Of a DNA stretch of 64,000 nt, positions 8,270-17,710 are shown piece after piece. The notes under the pieces are model-generated. The model was not told where the DNA came from. It worked only from the letters and a program-made list of their open reading frames with translations, and searched no databases. Location: positions 147,118 through 211,117 of IMG/VR virus record IMGVR_UViG_3300009104_001827. One strand, written 5' to 3'. The translations under genes and the position numbers were made by a program. Every line of letters starts with the position of its first letter. Position 1 is the stretch's first letter.

Positions 8270-9790
8270 ATGATTTATTCCTATGAATGCGAGCAACAAT
8301 TACTTGCCGGCTTAATAAAACATCCAAAAATTTATTCAGAGATTGCCACCTTCATTTCCGAAGAGGACTTCTTCAGTCAATCCAGCCTAGTTAACAAAAC
8401 TATTTTTTGCGTCCTAAGACAGTCCCTTAGCGCAGGAGAGCAAATAGATGAAGTGATCCTCTCCGAAAGGGTTCAGTCGCTCGGAATATCATTTGAGGAC
8501 AACCTAAACCTCTCGGACTATATCAAGGCTCTTGCAATGAGAAAAGTTTCTGCGTCTTCCCTTATGGACACCGCTAGAGAGCTAAAGAAACTAACCGTCA
8601 AGCGAGGACTGTGCGACGCGGCAACGGATATTGTTGAAAAAATAACAGCCCTACCCAATACCACTCCTTACGACGAAATCGTACAGTCCGCAGATCAAAT
8701 TTATAACGATAAAATTAATCTATATCAAGAGGGGTCTGACGCCCCCGAAAATATTTTTGAAGAAATGGAGCAAACCATAGAGGCTAGAGGGAACGATCCC
8801 GTATCCGAATTTGGTTTCTTGGGTCCCCACGACTCCATAAACAATCTTTATGGATCACTCCTTAGGCCTGGAAACATCACTGTCCTTGTCGCTCGCTCAG
8901 GGGTGGGCAAAACCCAGTTTTGCATGGACTTCTGCACAAAAACCTCTGCAAAATACGACAACCTTACAGTGCTCCATCTAGACAATGGGGAAATGAGTAA
9001 AGAAGAAATCATGAATCGACAGTGTGCCTCCATGTCTGACGTTCCGCTAAACTTGCTTGAGACGGGACAATGGAGACAAGCCGGAGCTGAGACGGTCAAA
9101 AAAGTAAGAGACACATTCAAGAAAATCAAAAACATGAAATTCTTCTACTATAACGTCGGGGGAATGTCTGTGGACAGCATGATAAATACGGTTAGAAGGT
9201 TTTACTATTCTAGCGTCGGAAGAGGAAACAAGATGATATTAAGTTTTGATTATATTAAAACTACCTTTGAAAAATTTAACACCAAATCGGAATGGCAAGT
9301 TGTAGGAGAAATGGTAGATAAGTTTAAACGCCTAGTTCAAAAAGATATAGTATTCGAAGGAGAACCCATGATAGCCATGATGACTAGTGTTCAAAGCAAT
9401 CGGGCAGGCATTGTCGGAAACAGGAACTCAGACGCTTTAGTTGAAGATGAAAGCATAGTCTCCCTATCGGACCGCATCATACAATTCTCCTCCCACCTCC
9501 TCAGTCTCAGGCAAAAAACCACAGACGAACTTCAAACTGAGCCCGCAGGATTCGGCTCGCATAGGCTTACATGCCTCAAGCATAGACACTTAGGTCCAGA
9601 AGTGTATCGAGCGCTCAACCCCATTGAGCTCCCAGATGGATCAAAAAAGAAAAACTTCATCAATCTTGAAATATCAAACTTCAACATAACAGACAAGGGA
9701 GATCTTCAGGACATGTCAGATCATATGCTGTTAAATAACGTAGAACTCGAACCCGACAACAACTTCTTTCGTGCGCCAGAAATATCATGA
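8270..9790 (+). CDS. dnaB: Replicative DNA helicase
   Basis: DnaB N-domain (EQQLLAGLI...EEDFF), Walker A ARSGVGKT, DNGEMS, FDYIK. Confidence 0.92.
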   Translation: MIYSYECEQQLLAGLIKHPKIYSEIATFISEEDFFSQSSLVNKTIFCVLRQSLSAGEQIDEVILSERVQSLGISFEDNLNLSDYIKALAMRKVSASSLMDTARELKKLTVKRGLCDAATDIVEKITALPNTTPYDEIVQSADQIYNDKINLYQEGSDAPENIFEEMEQTIEARGNDPVSEFGFLGPHDSINNLYGSLLRPGNITVLVARSGVGKTQFCMDFCTKTSAKYDNLTVLHLDNGEMSKEEIMNRQCASMSDVPLNLLETGQWRQAGAETVKKVRDTFKKIKNMKFFYYNVGGMSVDSMINTVRRFYYSSVGRGNKMILSFDYIKTTFEKFNTKSEWQVVGEMVDKFKRLVQKDIVFEGEPMIAMMTSVQSNRAGIVGNRNSDALVEDESIVSLSDRIIQFSSHLLSLRQKTTDELQTEPAGFGSHRLTCLKHRHLGPEVYRALNPIELPDGSKKKNFINLEISNFNITDKGDLQDMSDHMLLNNVELEPDNNFFRAPEIS

Positions 9791-10833
9791 GCCCATCAAA
9801 AATACAAGAAACGCTTATATCCTTGGGGTACAAGCTCTCAGACAGAGGGGTGTACTGGCAGACCAACGCCGTATTCAGGAACGGAGACAACCAAACCGCG
9901 CTACAAATATACAAAAACACTGGAGTCTGGAAGGACTACGTTCAGGACACCGCCTTCTCCCCCTTCAAGAGGCTGATTGAGGCTACGCTCGGGACTAACG
10001 ATAAAAGCGTTGTAGATAAATATATCAACGATGAGGATGCCGGCCTACTCTATCTAAAAAAAACCACCGCAGCACCAAAGATAGAAATGGAAGAAATCTA
10101 CGGAGACGATATGCTAGAGAGGCTACTTCCTCATTATAAATTTTATAACAACAAAGGTATATCCACTGAAATTTTACAAGAACTTAAGGGCGGTCTCGCG
10201 ACCTCGGGCCAACTCAATCAAAGATTTGTTTTTCCTATTTTCAATGATTTAAACCAAATCCATGGATTCTCCGGCAGGGATATGTTAGCGAACCCAAGCA
10301 AGAGCAGACCAAAATGGAAACACATAGGAAAGAAGAAGAATTGGATTTACCCATTTTACGCAAGCGACAAAACAAAGGAAGCCATAAGCGCTAGCAGAAC
10401 AGTAATACTGGTCGAAAGCATAGGGGACGCATTAAACCTAAAAGAAAACTCCATTGACAATTGCCTAGTTGCCTTCGGTCTCAATCTCTCAGGAAAACTG
10501 ATATGCCACTTAGTATCGCTATCTTTAGATCAAATTGTGATTGCCTTTAACAACGACTCCGACAAGGCAGACAACAGAGGGCTAACTGCGGCGGTCAAGA
10601 GTTACCTTACCCTCCTACAAGTATTTGAAGCCGATAAAATCAAAATCTGCCTGCCGACGAAAAACGATTTTGGAGATATGAATAAAGACGACTTTGCCGA
10701 GTGGAAGGCAAAAGCCAAGAATGTCACGAACGTCGATCAAAAACCGAACATCATAAACCTTATATCTGAGCTTGCCCCTCAGGGCAAGATTCCCAAAAAG
10801 CTACTTGCACGAAAAAAACTTTTAGAAAAATGA
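9787..10833 (+). CDS. dnaG: DNA primase (Toprim)
   Basis: RFVFPIFN...GFSGR...PKWK, VILVESIGDAL, IVIAFNND; coupled to dnaB. Confidence 0.85.
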   Translation: MSPSKIQETLISLGYKLSDRGVYWQTNAVFRNGDNQTALQIYKNTGVWKDYVQDTAFSPFKRLIEATLGTNDKSVVDKYINDEDAGLLYLKKTTAAPKIEMEEIYGDDMLERLLPHYKFYNNKGISTEILQELKGGLATSGQLNQRFVFPIFNDLNQIHGFSGRDMLANPSKSRPKWKHIGKKKNWIYPFYASDKTKEAISASRTVILVESIGDALNLKENSIDNCLVAFGLNLSGKLICHLVSLSLDQIVIAFNNDSDKADNRGLTAAVKSYLTLLQVFEADKIKICLPTKNDFGDMNKDDFAEWKAKAKNVTNVDQKPNIINLISELAPQGKIPKKLLARKKLLEK

Positions 10834-11903
10834 GCGCCAAGAAGGTATATCTCTCAGCCAGCAGAATTAAGACCGCACAACAATGCTCTTGGACCTATTG
10901 GTGCAAATATATCCTTAAACTGCCAGACAAATCCAACGACGGCGCCAGCAAGGGGTGGATCTGTCATTTAATTTTTGAGGTGCTTGGAAGAAAAGATCGA
11001 AACGACATTTTAAATCTAATACTCTCCGATGGCTCAATATGGGGCGTTCCGGCTATCGAACGTCTAGTACTATACCACGCCAAAAGATTAAACGTTAACA
11101 CCGACGAACACCTCGGAGAGATCGACAGGATGATACTAAACGGCCTCAATTACGACTTTGGCGGGCAGCACAAGCCGGGACTAGAAAAAGAATTCTCCGA
11201 AAAAGACTTCCAACTTTCAGTGGACGAGGAAGGCATTAAGTATAACATAAGAGGCTTCATAGACAAGCTATTCCTCTACGAAGATAAGCGGGCTATAATT
11301 AGGGACTTTAAAACCAGTAAGCAAAAATTCAAAGGGAAAGAGCTTACGGACAACATGCAGGACCTAATGTATTGCCTCGCCGTAAAAAAGATGTTTCCAG
11401 AATACAAGAGCGTATCAGAATTTCTTTTTCTTAAATTCGATCTAGATCGAGATTTATTCGGGAGCCCCGGCACAGGAGTAATCAGGATGGACGATATTAG
11501 CGATGACGCCCTAGAGGGGTTTGAGTATGAATTAACAGAAATCCAAAAATACCTAGAAACGTTTGACTCAAGCAAGGCCACCAGCAATTTTGCGGGGGCA
11601 CAAGATTACCCCAAGGATGGAACCTTTGGCGGGCCGCTAGCGTGCGGGAAAGATGGATTTAAAAAGTGCAAAGGAGAGAACGTGCTAGATTCCTCCGGAA
11701 ACCCAATTAAAGCCTTCATATGTGCCTTCAGGAAGCCCTTTAAGTATTATTCTCTTGTAGACGAAGGGGGGAATATTAAAAAAAGTGTATTTATTGATGA
11801 CCTCGAAGGACTAAAGGAGTCCGCACTCGAAGGAGAAACTATCAAGGAAAAAGAATATGAAGGATGCCCATACTGGAAAAGAAAAGACAGGGGAGAACTA
11901 TGA
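10830..11903 (+). CDS. PD-(D/E)XK exonuclease, Cas4/RecB/AddB-like
   Basis: LSASRIKTAQQCSW, G..CH, IRGFIDKL, IRDFKTS, Q..MY, and C-terminal Cys residues. Confidence 0.85.
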   Translation: MSAKKVYLSASRIKTAQQCSWTYWCKYILKLPDKSNDGASKGWICHLIFEVLGRKDRNDILNLILSDGSIWGVPAIERLVLYHAKRLNVNTDEHLGEIDRMILNGLNYDFGGQHKPGLEKEFSEKDFQLSVDEEGIKYNIRGFIDKLFLYEDKRAIIRDFKTSKQKFKGKELTDNMQDLMYCLAVKKMFPEYKSVSEFLFLKFDLDRDLFGSPGTGVIRMDDISDDALEGFEYELTEIQKYLETFDSSKATSNFAGAQDYPKDGTFGGPLACGKDGFKKCKGENVLDSSGNPIKAFICAFRKPFKYYSLVDEGGNIKKSVFIDDLEGLKESALEGETIKEKEYEGCPYWKRKDRGEL

Positions 11904-12303
11904 ACAAGCCCCTTATGTTGGCACCGCGCTCCTATTCAAGAACCTTATTCTTTTAGCAAAAAGAATAGAGATATGTCCACATACAAAAGAACGAGTCAAA
12001 TACGGCGGGTATTGGTCGATTTTTTGCGGAGCAGTAGAAGAAAATGAAGCCCACTATATCGCTGCACACAGAGAGGTCTTCGAGGAGACTGGCCTAAATC
12101 TAGATAAAAAAATGTTTGTGCATCAAGAATTAGTTGAAGACCTACGCCTATATACTTATGAACTTGATGAAATGGTCCACCCTACATTGAATTACGAACA
12201 CACAGAGTGGGGGTATTTCAAAATAGATCAAATCAAAATAAGCCCCACCCCAATAGACGAAAAAATTGCGGAGAGGATACAGGGCTTCAGGCGGTCTGTG
12301 TAA
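11857..12303 (+). CDS. Nudix hydrolase
   Basis: Nudix box GAVEENEAHYIAAHREVFEETGL; LNYEHTEWGY. Confidence 0.88.
   Translation: MKDAHTGKEKTGENYEQAPYVGTALLFKNLILLAKRIEICPHTKERVKYGGYWSIFCGAVEENEAHYIAAHREVFEETGLNLDKKMFVHQELVEDLRLYTYELDEMVHPTLNYEHTEWGYFKIDQIKISPTPIDEKIAERIQGFRRSV
12298..12302 (+). promoter_or_regulatory. GTGTA motif
   Basis: GTGTAATTATAAATA-ATG(12313). Confidence 0.55.
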
Positions 12304-12312
12304 TTATAAATA

Positions 12313-13587
12313 ATGAAAAGGAGAACCTTTATAGAGGTTGGCGCAGCAACTGGAATTGGCAGTCTCACCTTGCCCCAATTGCTTGCGTCAAATAAAAGAG
12401 CACTTAATGATAATAAATCGATTATCGTTGTTTGGATGAATGGAGGGCCGTCACATCACGAAACCTTTGACCCTAAACCATACGCACCCCAACCATTCAA
12501 GGGGCACTTTGAGGCGATCCCTACAGTTGCAGACGGGATACAGCTCCCCGAGCATCTAGTTAAGTGCGCGGACTGCATGGACAAATGGGCCATAATTAAG
12601 GGGCTATACCACGACAACAACAACCATAGCTCTGCGCATGAAATTATGCACTCTGGCTACAAAGCCAAGGAGCCTAATCAGCAACAAAATTTTTACCCCA
12701 GCATAGGATCAACAATTGCGGAACATGCCAAGAGAGACGGCGAAGTTCCCCCATATGTTGTTATCCCCAACCACAGCAGAGGAACTCGTCCCGGATATTT
12801 GCCTCATGAATTCGGGCCTTATGAAACAAAGACTCGCCCTTCTTCTAGCGAAACATACAAAGACACGAATTTCACACTCAACGAATCACTAACCATTAAT
12901 AGAGTTGACAATAGAGGAGATTTATTAAAATCCTTCGATAACTTTAGGTCGGTTTTAGATAAATCTGGAATGACGAAGTCCATTGATGAATTCAACATAA
13001 AAGCTCAAGGACTACTTACTAGCGGGCAAGCAGCAAAGGCCTTCGATATTGAAAAAGAATCTACATTCACAAAAGATTTGTATGGCCCAGGATTCGGCCG
13101 TGATTTACTACTCGCAAGGCGCTTAGTTGAAAACGGCGTAAAAATGGTTACCGTAAAAACTCCCTTTGGCTGGGACACTCATCAAGCGAGCGACAAAAGC
13201 ATGGGAAACAAGAACCTGCCCCAGTTCGACGTGGCGTTTAGCGCGTTAATTAACGACCTTCATTCCAGAGGCATGATGGAAGACGTTATGGTTGTAGCTT
13301 GGGGTGAATTCGGTAGAACCCCAAAGATTAATGCCAATGGAGGCAGAGACCATTGGTCTCGCTCAATGGCTGCCGCCATCGCAGGAGGAAAGGTGAGCGG
13401 GGGCGTTGTCGCCGGAGAAAGCGACAAAACTGGCTCAGAGCCCATAACAGGAATAACCCCTCCAGACGTACTAGTTACGCTTTATGACCACATGGGAATA
13501 AACCCAAAACACAATTACTATGATCACAGCGGGAGACCTCACCCAATAATTAACTCAGGTAGAATACTTACAGAATTATTCGTATAA
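12313..13587 (+). CDS. DUF1501 family protein with twin-arginine (Tat) signal
   Basis: MKRRTFIE signal; MNGGPSHHETFDPKP, ARRLVENGV, GWDTH, WGEFGRTPKINANGGRDHW. Confidence 0.9.
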   Translation: MKRRTFIEVGAATGIGSLTLPQLLASNKRALNDNKSIIVVWMNGGPSHHETFDPKPYAPQPFKGHFEAIPTVADGIQLPEHLVKCADCMDKWAIIKGLYHDNNNHSSAHEIMHSGYKAKEPNQQQNFYPSIGSTIAEHAKRDGEVPPYVVIPNHSRGTRPGYLPHEFGPYETKTRPSSSETYKDTNFTLNESLTINRVDNRGDLLKSFDNFRSVLDKSGMTKSIDEFNIKAQGLLTSGQAAKAFDIEKESTFTKDLYGPGFGRDLLLARRLVENGVKMVTVKTPFGWDTHQASDKSMGNKNLPQFDVAFSALINDLHSRGMMEDVMVVAWGEFGRTPKINANGGRDHWSRSMAAAIAGGKVSGGVVAGESDKTGSEPITGITPPDVLVTLYDHMGINPKHNYYDHSGRPHPIINSGRILTELFV

Positions 13588-13596
13588 TATAAACAA

Positions 13597-15561
13597 ATGA
13601 AAAATAAAAAACTCAAACAACTATCCATTATTAATTTAATTATAGGATATATAACATTAATGCTATTTAGCTTATTAGTAATACTGAACCAACCGACAGA
13701 ATTGATGGCTGAAGATCAAGACCTTACAGTGGTCAAGGCTTCTGACGAAGATAAAACGGAAGCCCTAGAGCCGCCAGACGAAGTTAGCGCAAAAGAAAAA
13801 GAAATAATCTATATAGACGGGCACCCAACAACATATATTAGAGACAATAGTATAGGCGTAGATAGGCTATCAGGTGTAATTATTGATAACGTACCCAACA
13901 GACTGGTCGAAAGGGACGACCTAAGGGGTAATATCGCGATAGCAAGAGACACTAGAAATGAAAACCTATTAATAGATAGGCGCGATAATATAATTATTGA
14001 TGAAACAATTGATAGACACAATTATAGCAATAGGACTGGCGCTAGCGTCGGTGATAGGCTATATGGGGTTCGTAATAACTCTTTTGTTGATAATAAAAAC
14101 AATAGAAGAGATCGGTTGGTTGAAGACATTGATGCTGGAATTCTAGATAGGAGGCTAAATGAGGCAAACCCCTTCGAGGAAAACACTGAAGAAGTCGGCG
14201 AAGACTTTGGATTAGACGGAAACGATTTCGCTGGAGTTACGCTAGCAGAAGACGATGAAGGTGAGTTAGATTTTGATATTGACGATTTCAAAAATGCAGA
14301 AATGGGCTCAAAAGGCTACGGAGTCGATAAAGGAAACCTGTACGCCTACAACTACCCCAGCCAGGGCGTTGGAGCTGGTATTGGAAATGCCGGTGTTGGC
14401 GCCGCAGCAGGATTTGCGGGCATTGGCGCCGGAGTTGGACAGGCAGTACTCAACGGAGAAACCGTCCCTACCCTAGGAGGAGTAGGAACATCTCCCATCA
14501 TTCCCGGCAATCTGGAAGTTACCCCCGAAAACGACAGAGACGGAGATGGGCTTCCCGCCTCAGTTGAATCTCAAATTGGAACCAACCCAAACAATGCCGA
14601 TACAGATGGTGACGGCCTAAGCGATGGAGACGAAGTGTTTAGCTATTCTAACCCCCTAGATAAAACAAGCACCCCCCTCGATTCCGGCTCGGCTCCCCTC
14701 CCCCAATTTGGCGGGGTTGGCGGCTTAGTCAGTGGAGCAGGATCAGGTGTTGCGGCCGGCTTGGTAACCGGCATGGTTAAGAAGCAACTCGGAATTGGAA
14801 TTGCCCCCAAGGGGTGCGCCGAGTGCGGAGGTGAGTGCAAAGGGCACGGACACGGGCACGGACACGGAAAGCACGAATACGATTTGCCGCCCGATGGAGC
14901 GTTGCACATTATGATCCATGTCGACGGAAGTGGGAGTATTCTCGCAACCAGGCGCCAGCTGGACATCATGAAGGACACTCTTATGAAGGACGCGCTACTT
15001 CCCTACTATAATAATGACGAGTCTCTATACAATAAGAGGGTGACCATTATAGATAACTCGGGAGAACGAACGCTGAGATTCTATACGGAAGCAGCAAAGA
15101 AAGACAATGTTCTAGCGATTGCGTTCCAAGATGAAGCGGCCCCCGATTATCACCTACCCAATTTTAATAAGACCCCACAAAATGCGTATAGCGCAGACTT
15201 GGGCAAGCTTAGATCGAACCTGAACGGATACGGCGGATTATACAGAGGCATAATGTTCCAAGTGGACAGGGGACGCACTTTTGCAAAGTCGTTCAAGGAG
15301 CTTGTCGAGTGCGCGTGGAATGGAGAGGGGTACCTGGAAAAACCGGGGACGAACCTCAAGAAGTATCACAGAGACAACAACCTGCACAATATCAAGAATA
15401 AGAACGGAATCGTTTTCAGTGATGAGTATCACGCGAAGTCTGAGGGTGATCCACAATACTATTTGGACTTGATCTTCAAGGCTTCGAAACGAGTGGGTCT
15501 GGACCTTCAAGCAAAGGGCGCTGGACTTACGGACGGTAAATATAACCAAAAGATTGATTGA
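13597..15561 (+). CDS. Membrane-anchored protein with Ca-binding DGDG repeats, Gly-rich region, CxxC/His-rich linker and VWA-like C-terminal domain
   Basis: N-terminal TM; DRDGDGL and DTDGDGLSDGDE; CAECGGECKGHGHGHGHGKH; IMIHVDGSGS (MIDAS-like DxSxS). Confidence 0.65.
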   Translation: MKNKKLKQLSIINLIIGYITLMLFSLLVILNQPTELMAEDQDLTVVKASDEDKTEALEPPDEVSAKEKEIIYIDGHPTTYIRDNSIGVDRLSGVIIDNVPNRLVERDDLRGNIAIARDTRNENLLIDRRDNIIIDETIDRHNYSNRTGASVGDRLYGVRNNSFVDNKNNRRDRLVEDIDAGILDRRLNEANPFEENTEEVGEDFGLDGNDFAGVTLAEDDEGELDFDIDDFKNAEMGSKGYGVDKGNLYAYNYPSQGVGAGIGNAGVGAAAGFAGIGAGVGQAVLNGETVPTLGGVGTSPIIPGNLEVTPENDRDGDGLPASVESQIGTNPNNADTDGDGLSDGDEVFSYSNPLDKTSTPLDSGSAPLPQFGGVGGLVSGAGSGVAAGLVTGMVKKQLGIGIAPKGCAECGGECKGHGHGHGHGKHEYDLPPDGALHIMIHVDGSGSILATRRQLDIMKDTLMKDALLPYYNNDESLYNKRVTIIDNSGERTLRFYTEAAKKDNVLAIAFQDEAAPDYHLPNFNKTPQNAYSADLGKLRSNLNGYGGLYRGIMFQVDRGRTFAKSFKELVECAWNGEGYLEKPGTNLKKYHRDNNLHNIKNKNGIVFSDEYHAKSEGDPQYYLDLIFKASKRVGLDLQAKGAGLTDGKYNQKID

Positions 15562-15586
15562 CTTTTTGCCTCCCCGACAACACAAT
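15558..15586 (+). promoter_or_regulatory. Sigma70-type promoter, leaderless clpP
   Basis: TTGACT-17 nt-CACAAT; ATG at 15594. Confidence 0.65.
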
Positions 15587-15593
15587 ATATTGT

Positions 15594-16331
15594 ATGTCAA
15601 ACAAAAGTAAGGACCGAACACCAGAAGAGATAGAGGCTAATGTCGAAAAATTAAAAGCCGAAGCATCAAAAGCTCAGGCTGAAGCTCGGAAAGTTATAGC
15701 TGAAGCGGATACCGCAGAGACAAGAGCTCAAAAGGAAAGGTTTGAGTTCGAAAGGTATCAGGAAGAAAGAAAAAAAAGGCTTTCCGTTGATAGGGAAAAT
15801 CGCGTATATCGATTCAGTGGTGGGGTAGATAAATCCTCAGTTGAAAAATGCAGAGACGCCCTAACTGAATGGTCGAGATGCTCTCCAGGGTGTGATATAG
15901 AAATTGTATTTGCCTCCCCTGGCGGAGGAATAACTGCGGGGTTTGAATTATTTGACTACATCCAGCAATTAAGATTTGCGGGTCACAAAATCACAACAGG
16001 ATCTTTAGGTATGGCTGCATCTATGGCGGGCATATTGCTTCAAGCTGGCGAACATCGCTGGATTGGGCACCAATCTTGGATACTAATACATCGGGCAGCC
16101 TTTGGGGCCATTGGTAAAACTTTTGAAATTGAAGATGAGGTGGAATTAATTAAAAGAATTGAAGAAAGGATAATTGAAATTTTCACCTCTAGATCAAATC
16201 TTACAAAATTAAAAATTAAAAGAAATTGGAACAGAAAAGATTGGTGGATAAATGCAGACGAAGCGCTAGACATGGGTCTTGTTGACGAAGTTAGAGGCAA
16301 ACTGCCAGAGGGAAAAAACATCGGCGGCTAG
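15594..16331 (+). CDS. clpP: ATP-dependent Clp protease proteolytic subunit with N-terminal coiled-coil extension
   Basis: ASPGG, GMAASMAG (catalytic Ser), ILIHR, DWWINADEALDMGLVD. Confidence 0.88.
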   Translation: MSNKSKDRTPEEIEANVEKLKAEASKAQAEARKVIAEADTAETRAQKERFEFERYQEERKKRLSVDRENRVYRFSGGVDKSSVEKCRDALTEWSRCSPGCDIEIVFASPGGGITAGFELFDYIQQLRFAGHKITTGSLGMAASMAGILLQAGEHRWIGHQSWILIHRAAFGAIGKTFEIEDEVELIKRIEERIIEIFTSRSNLTKLKIKRNWNRKDWWINADEALDMGLVDEVRGKLPEGKNIGG

Positions 16332-16427
16332 CGGACGATTCCGTTCTAAAGTCCATTCCTAAAACACACGCCCCAGCAGACAGGGGCAACAAAAGCCAAG
16401 GTTTCCTCACCTAGACATACATTAACC

Positions 16428-16456
16428 TTGACAATTAAGCTTAAATCGGGTAGACT
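16428..16456 (+). promoter_or_regulatory. Sigma70-type promoter of the polymerase operon
   Basis: TTGACA-17 nt-TAGACT; ATG at 16476. Confidence 0.75.
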
Positions 16457-16475
16457 ATATACAATTCCGATTAAG

Positions 16476-17201
16476 ATGATTCCTCTATTTACTTCTCACT
16501 ACAGCATTGGCAAAAGCATATTAACGCTCGACCACCCAGACAAGCAAACCGAGGGCGGCTCAACCAGCGTATTTAGTATCGCTCAAAAGAACAACCTAAA
16601 AGAAATATTTTTGGTAGAAAACTCACTGACCGGATTTCCTCAGGCGCTCACGATATCAGCGGAGCTAGGAATACAGTTATGCTTCGGCCTTTTGCTCAAA
16701 ATCTGCGAGCAAGACCATAAGATTATCGTCTTCGCAAAAAACTCAAAAGGATGCAAAAGATTAAATCAAATATACAGCGAAGCGTTCGCGGGAGATAAAG
16801 AATGTATCTCAACCGAAAACTTAAAAAAATTCTGGAACAGTAAGGAGCTTATGCTCTGCATACCGTTTTACGACTCTTTTATATATAAAAATATAATGAC
16901 GTTTGACAGTTGCACGCCAGACCTGTCCGCGTTCAGTCCGCTATTTTTTCTCGAAGAAAACAACCTACCTTTTGACAATCTCGTTCGCCAGAAGGTCGAA
17001 GCATATGCCGAATCAAGAGGGCATGACACGCAGTTAGTTAAATCCATTTACTACGAAAACCAAGAAGACGCAGAAGCCTTGCAGGTCTATAAATGCATAT
17101 GCAGCAGAAGGTTCGGAAAGAGCTCTCTGTCAAAACCGAATCTAGACCACTTCGGAAGTGATGAATTTAGCTTCGAGAGCCTACTTAAGAAGAAAAAATG
17201 A
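16476..17201 (+). CDS. Stand-alone PHP domain of DNA polymerase III alpha
   Basis: PLFTSHYSIGKSIL, KIIVFAKNSKGCKRL, IYYENQEDAEA; usual PHP metal ligands look degenerate. Confidence 0.8.
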   Translation: MIPLFTSHYSIGKSILTLDHPDKQTEGGSTSVFSIAQKNNLKEIFLVENSLTGFPQALTISAELGIQLCFGLLLKICEQDHKIIVFAKNSKGCKRLNQIYSEAFAGDKECISTENLKKFWNSKELMLCIPFYDSFIYKNIMTFDSCTPDLSAFSPLFFLEENNLPFDNLVRQKVEAYAESRGHDTQLVKSIYYENQEDAEALQVYKCICSRRFGKSSLSKPNLDHFGSDEFSFESLLKKKK

Positions 17202-17710
17202 AATACAAGCTATACAATTCAGGGAAAACCTTCCTTGACAGATCCCCTATTTCAGGCAGGGGCGTTTTCGCCTCTGAACCCTTTCGCAGGGGAGAACTCA
17301 TAGAGCAATGCCATTTCATTATACCAGAACAAGATAAAGGCGGCAGAGATAAGGAACTCTTGAGATACATGTTTGCCATAACCAATGAAGAATCAATAAA
17401 ATCCTCCAAGGAAACATTCCTTAAGATTTTTCTAGGAAATCTAATCGACAACAAGAAGGACGCGGGCAGCGAGCGCTCACAAGCAATAAAGAACTGCGTT
17501 GAGCTTGGATATAAATCGCTAGACAAACTATTCGATTCGGCAGTTGTACTCGGAAACGGAATGATATTTAATCATTCAGACAAACCAAATATTGATTATT
17601 GTTTTAATGAAGACGACTTCTGCTTCGACTATAATGCATCTAAAGATATACAACAAAACGAAGAGCTCGTAATTAATTACGGCAACCCAGAAAGGGGAGA
17701 TATAAAATGA
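17198..17710 (+). CDS. SET-domain protein-lysine methyltransferase
   Basis: SPISGRGVFASEPFRRGELI, IFNHSDKPN, ASKDIQQNEELVINYG. Confidence 0.88.
   Translation: MKYKLYNSGKTFLDRSPISGRGVFASEPFRRGELIEQCHFIIPEQDKGGRDKELLRYMFAITNEESIKSSKETFLKIFLGNLIDNKKDAGSERSQAIKNCVELGYKSLDKLFDSAVVLGNGMIFNHSDKPNIDYCFNEDDFCFDYNASKDIQQNEELVINYGNPERGDIK

Noticed and set aside
10830-11903. Cas4-like nuclease as part of a CRISPR system
   Set aside because: It lies in the helicase-primase operon with no array or other cas genes; such nucleases are ordinary phage replication genes.
16332-16427. Intergenic gap with a gcccc-N8-ggggc hairpin as an ncRNA or terminator
   Set aside because: The stem is only 5 bp with no U-tract on the sense strand; not enough support.
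15558-16475. ORF-track TTG starts at 15558 and 16428 (also TTG 1910, GTG 3670 and 37323)
   Set aside because: They coincide with -35 boxes, the terminator or the GTGTA motif; downstream ATGs are more plausible.
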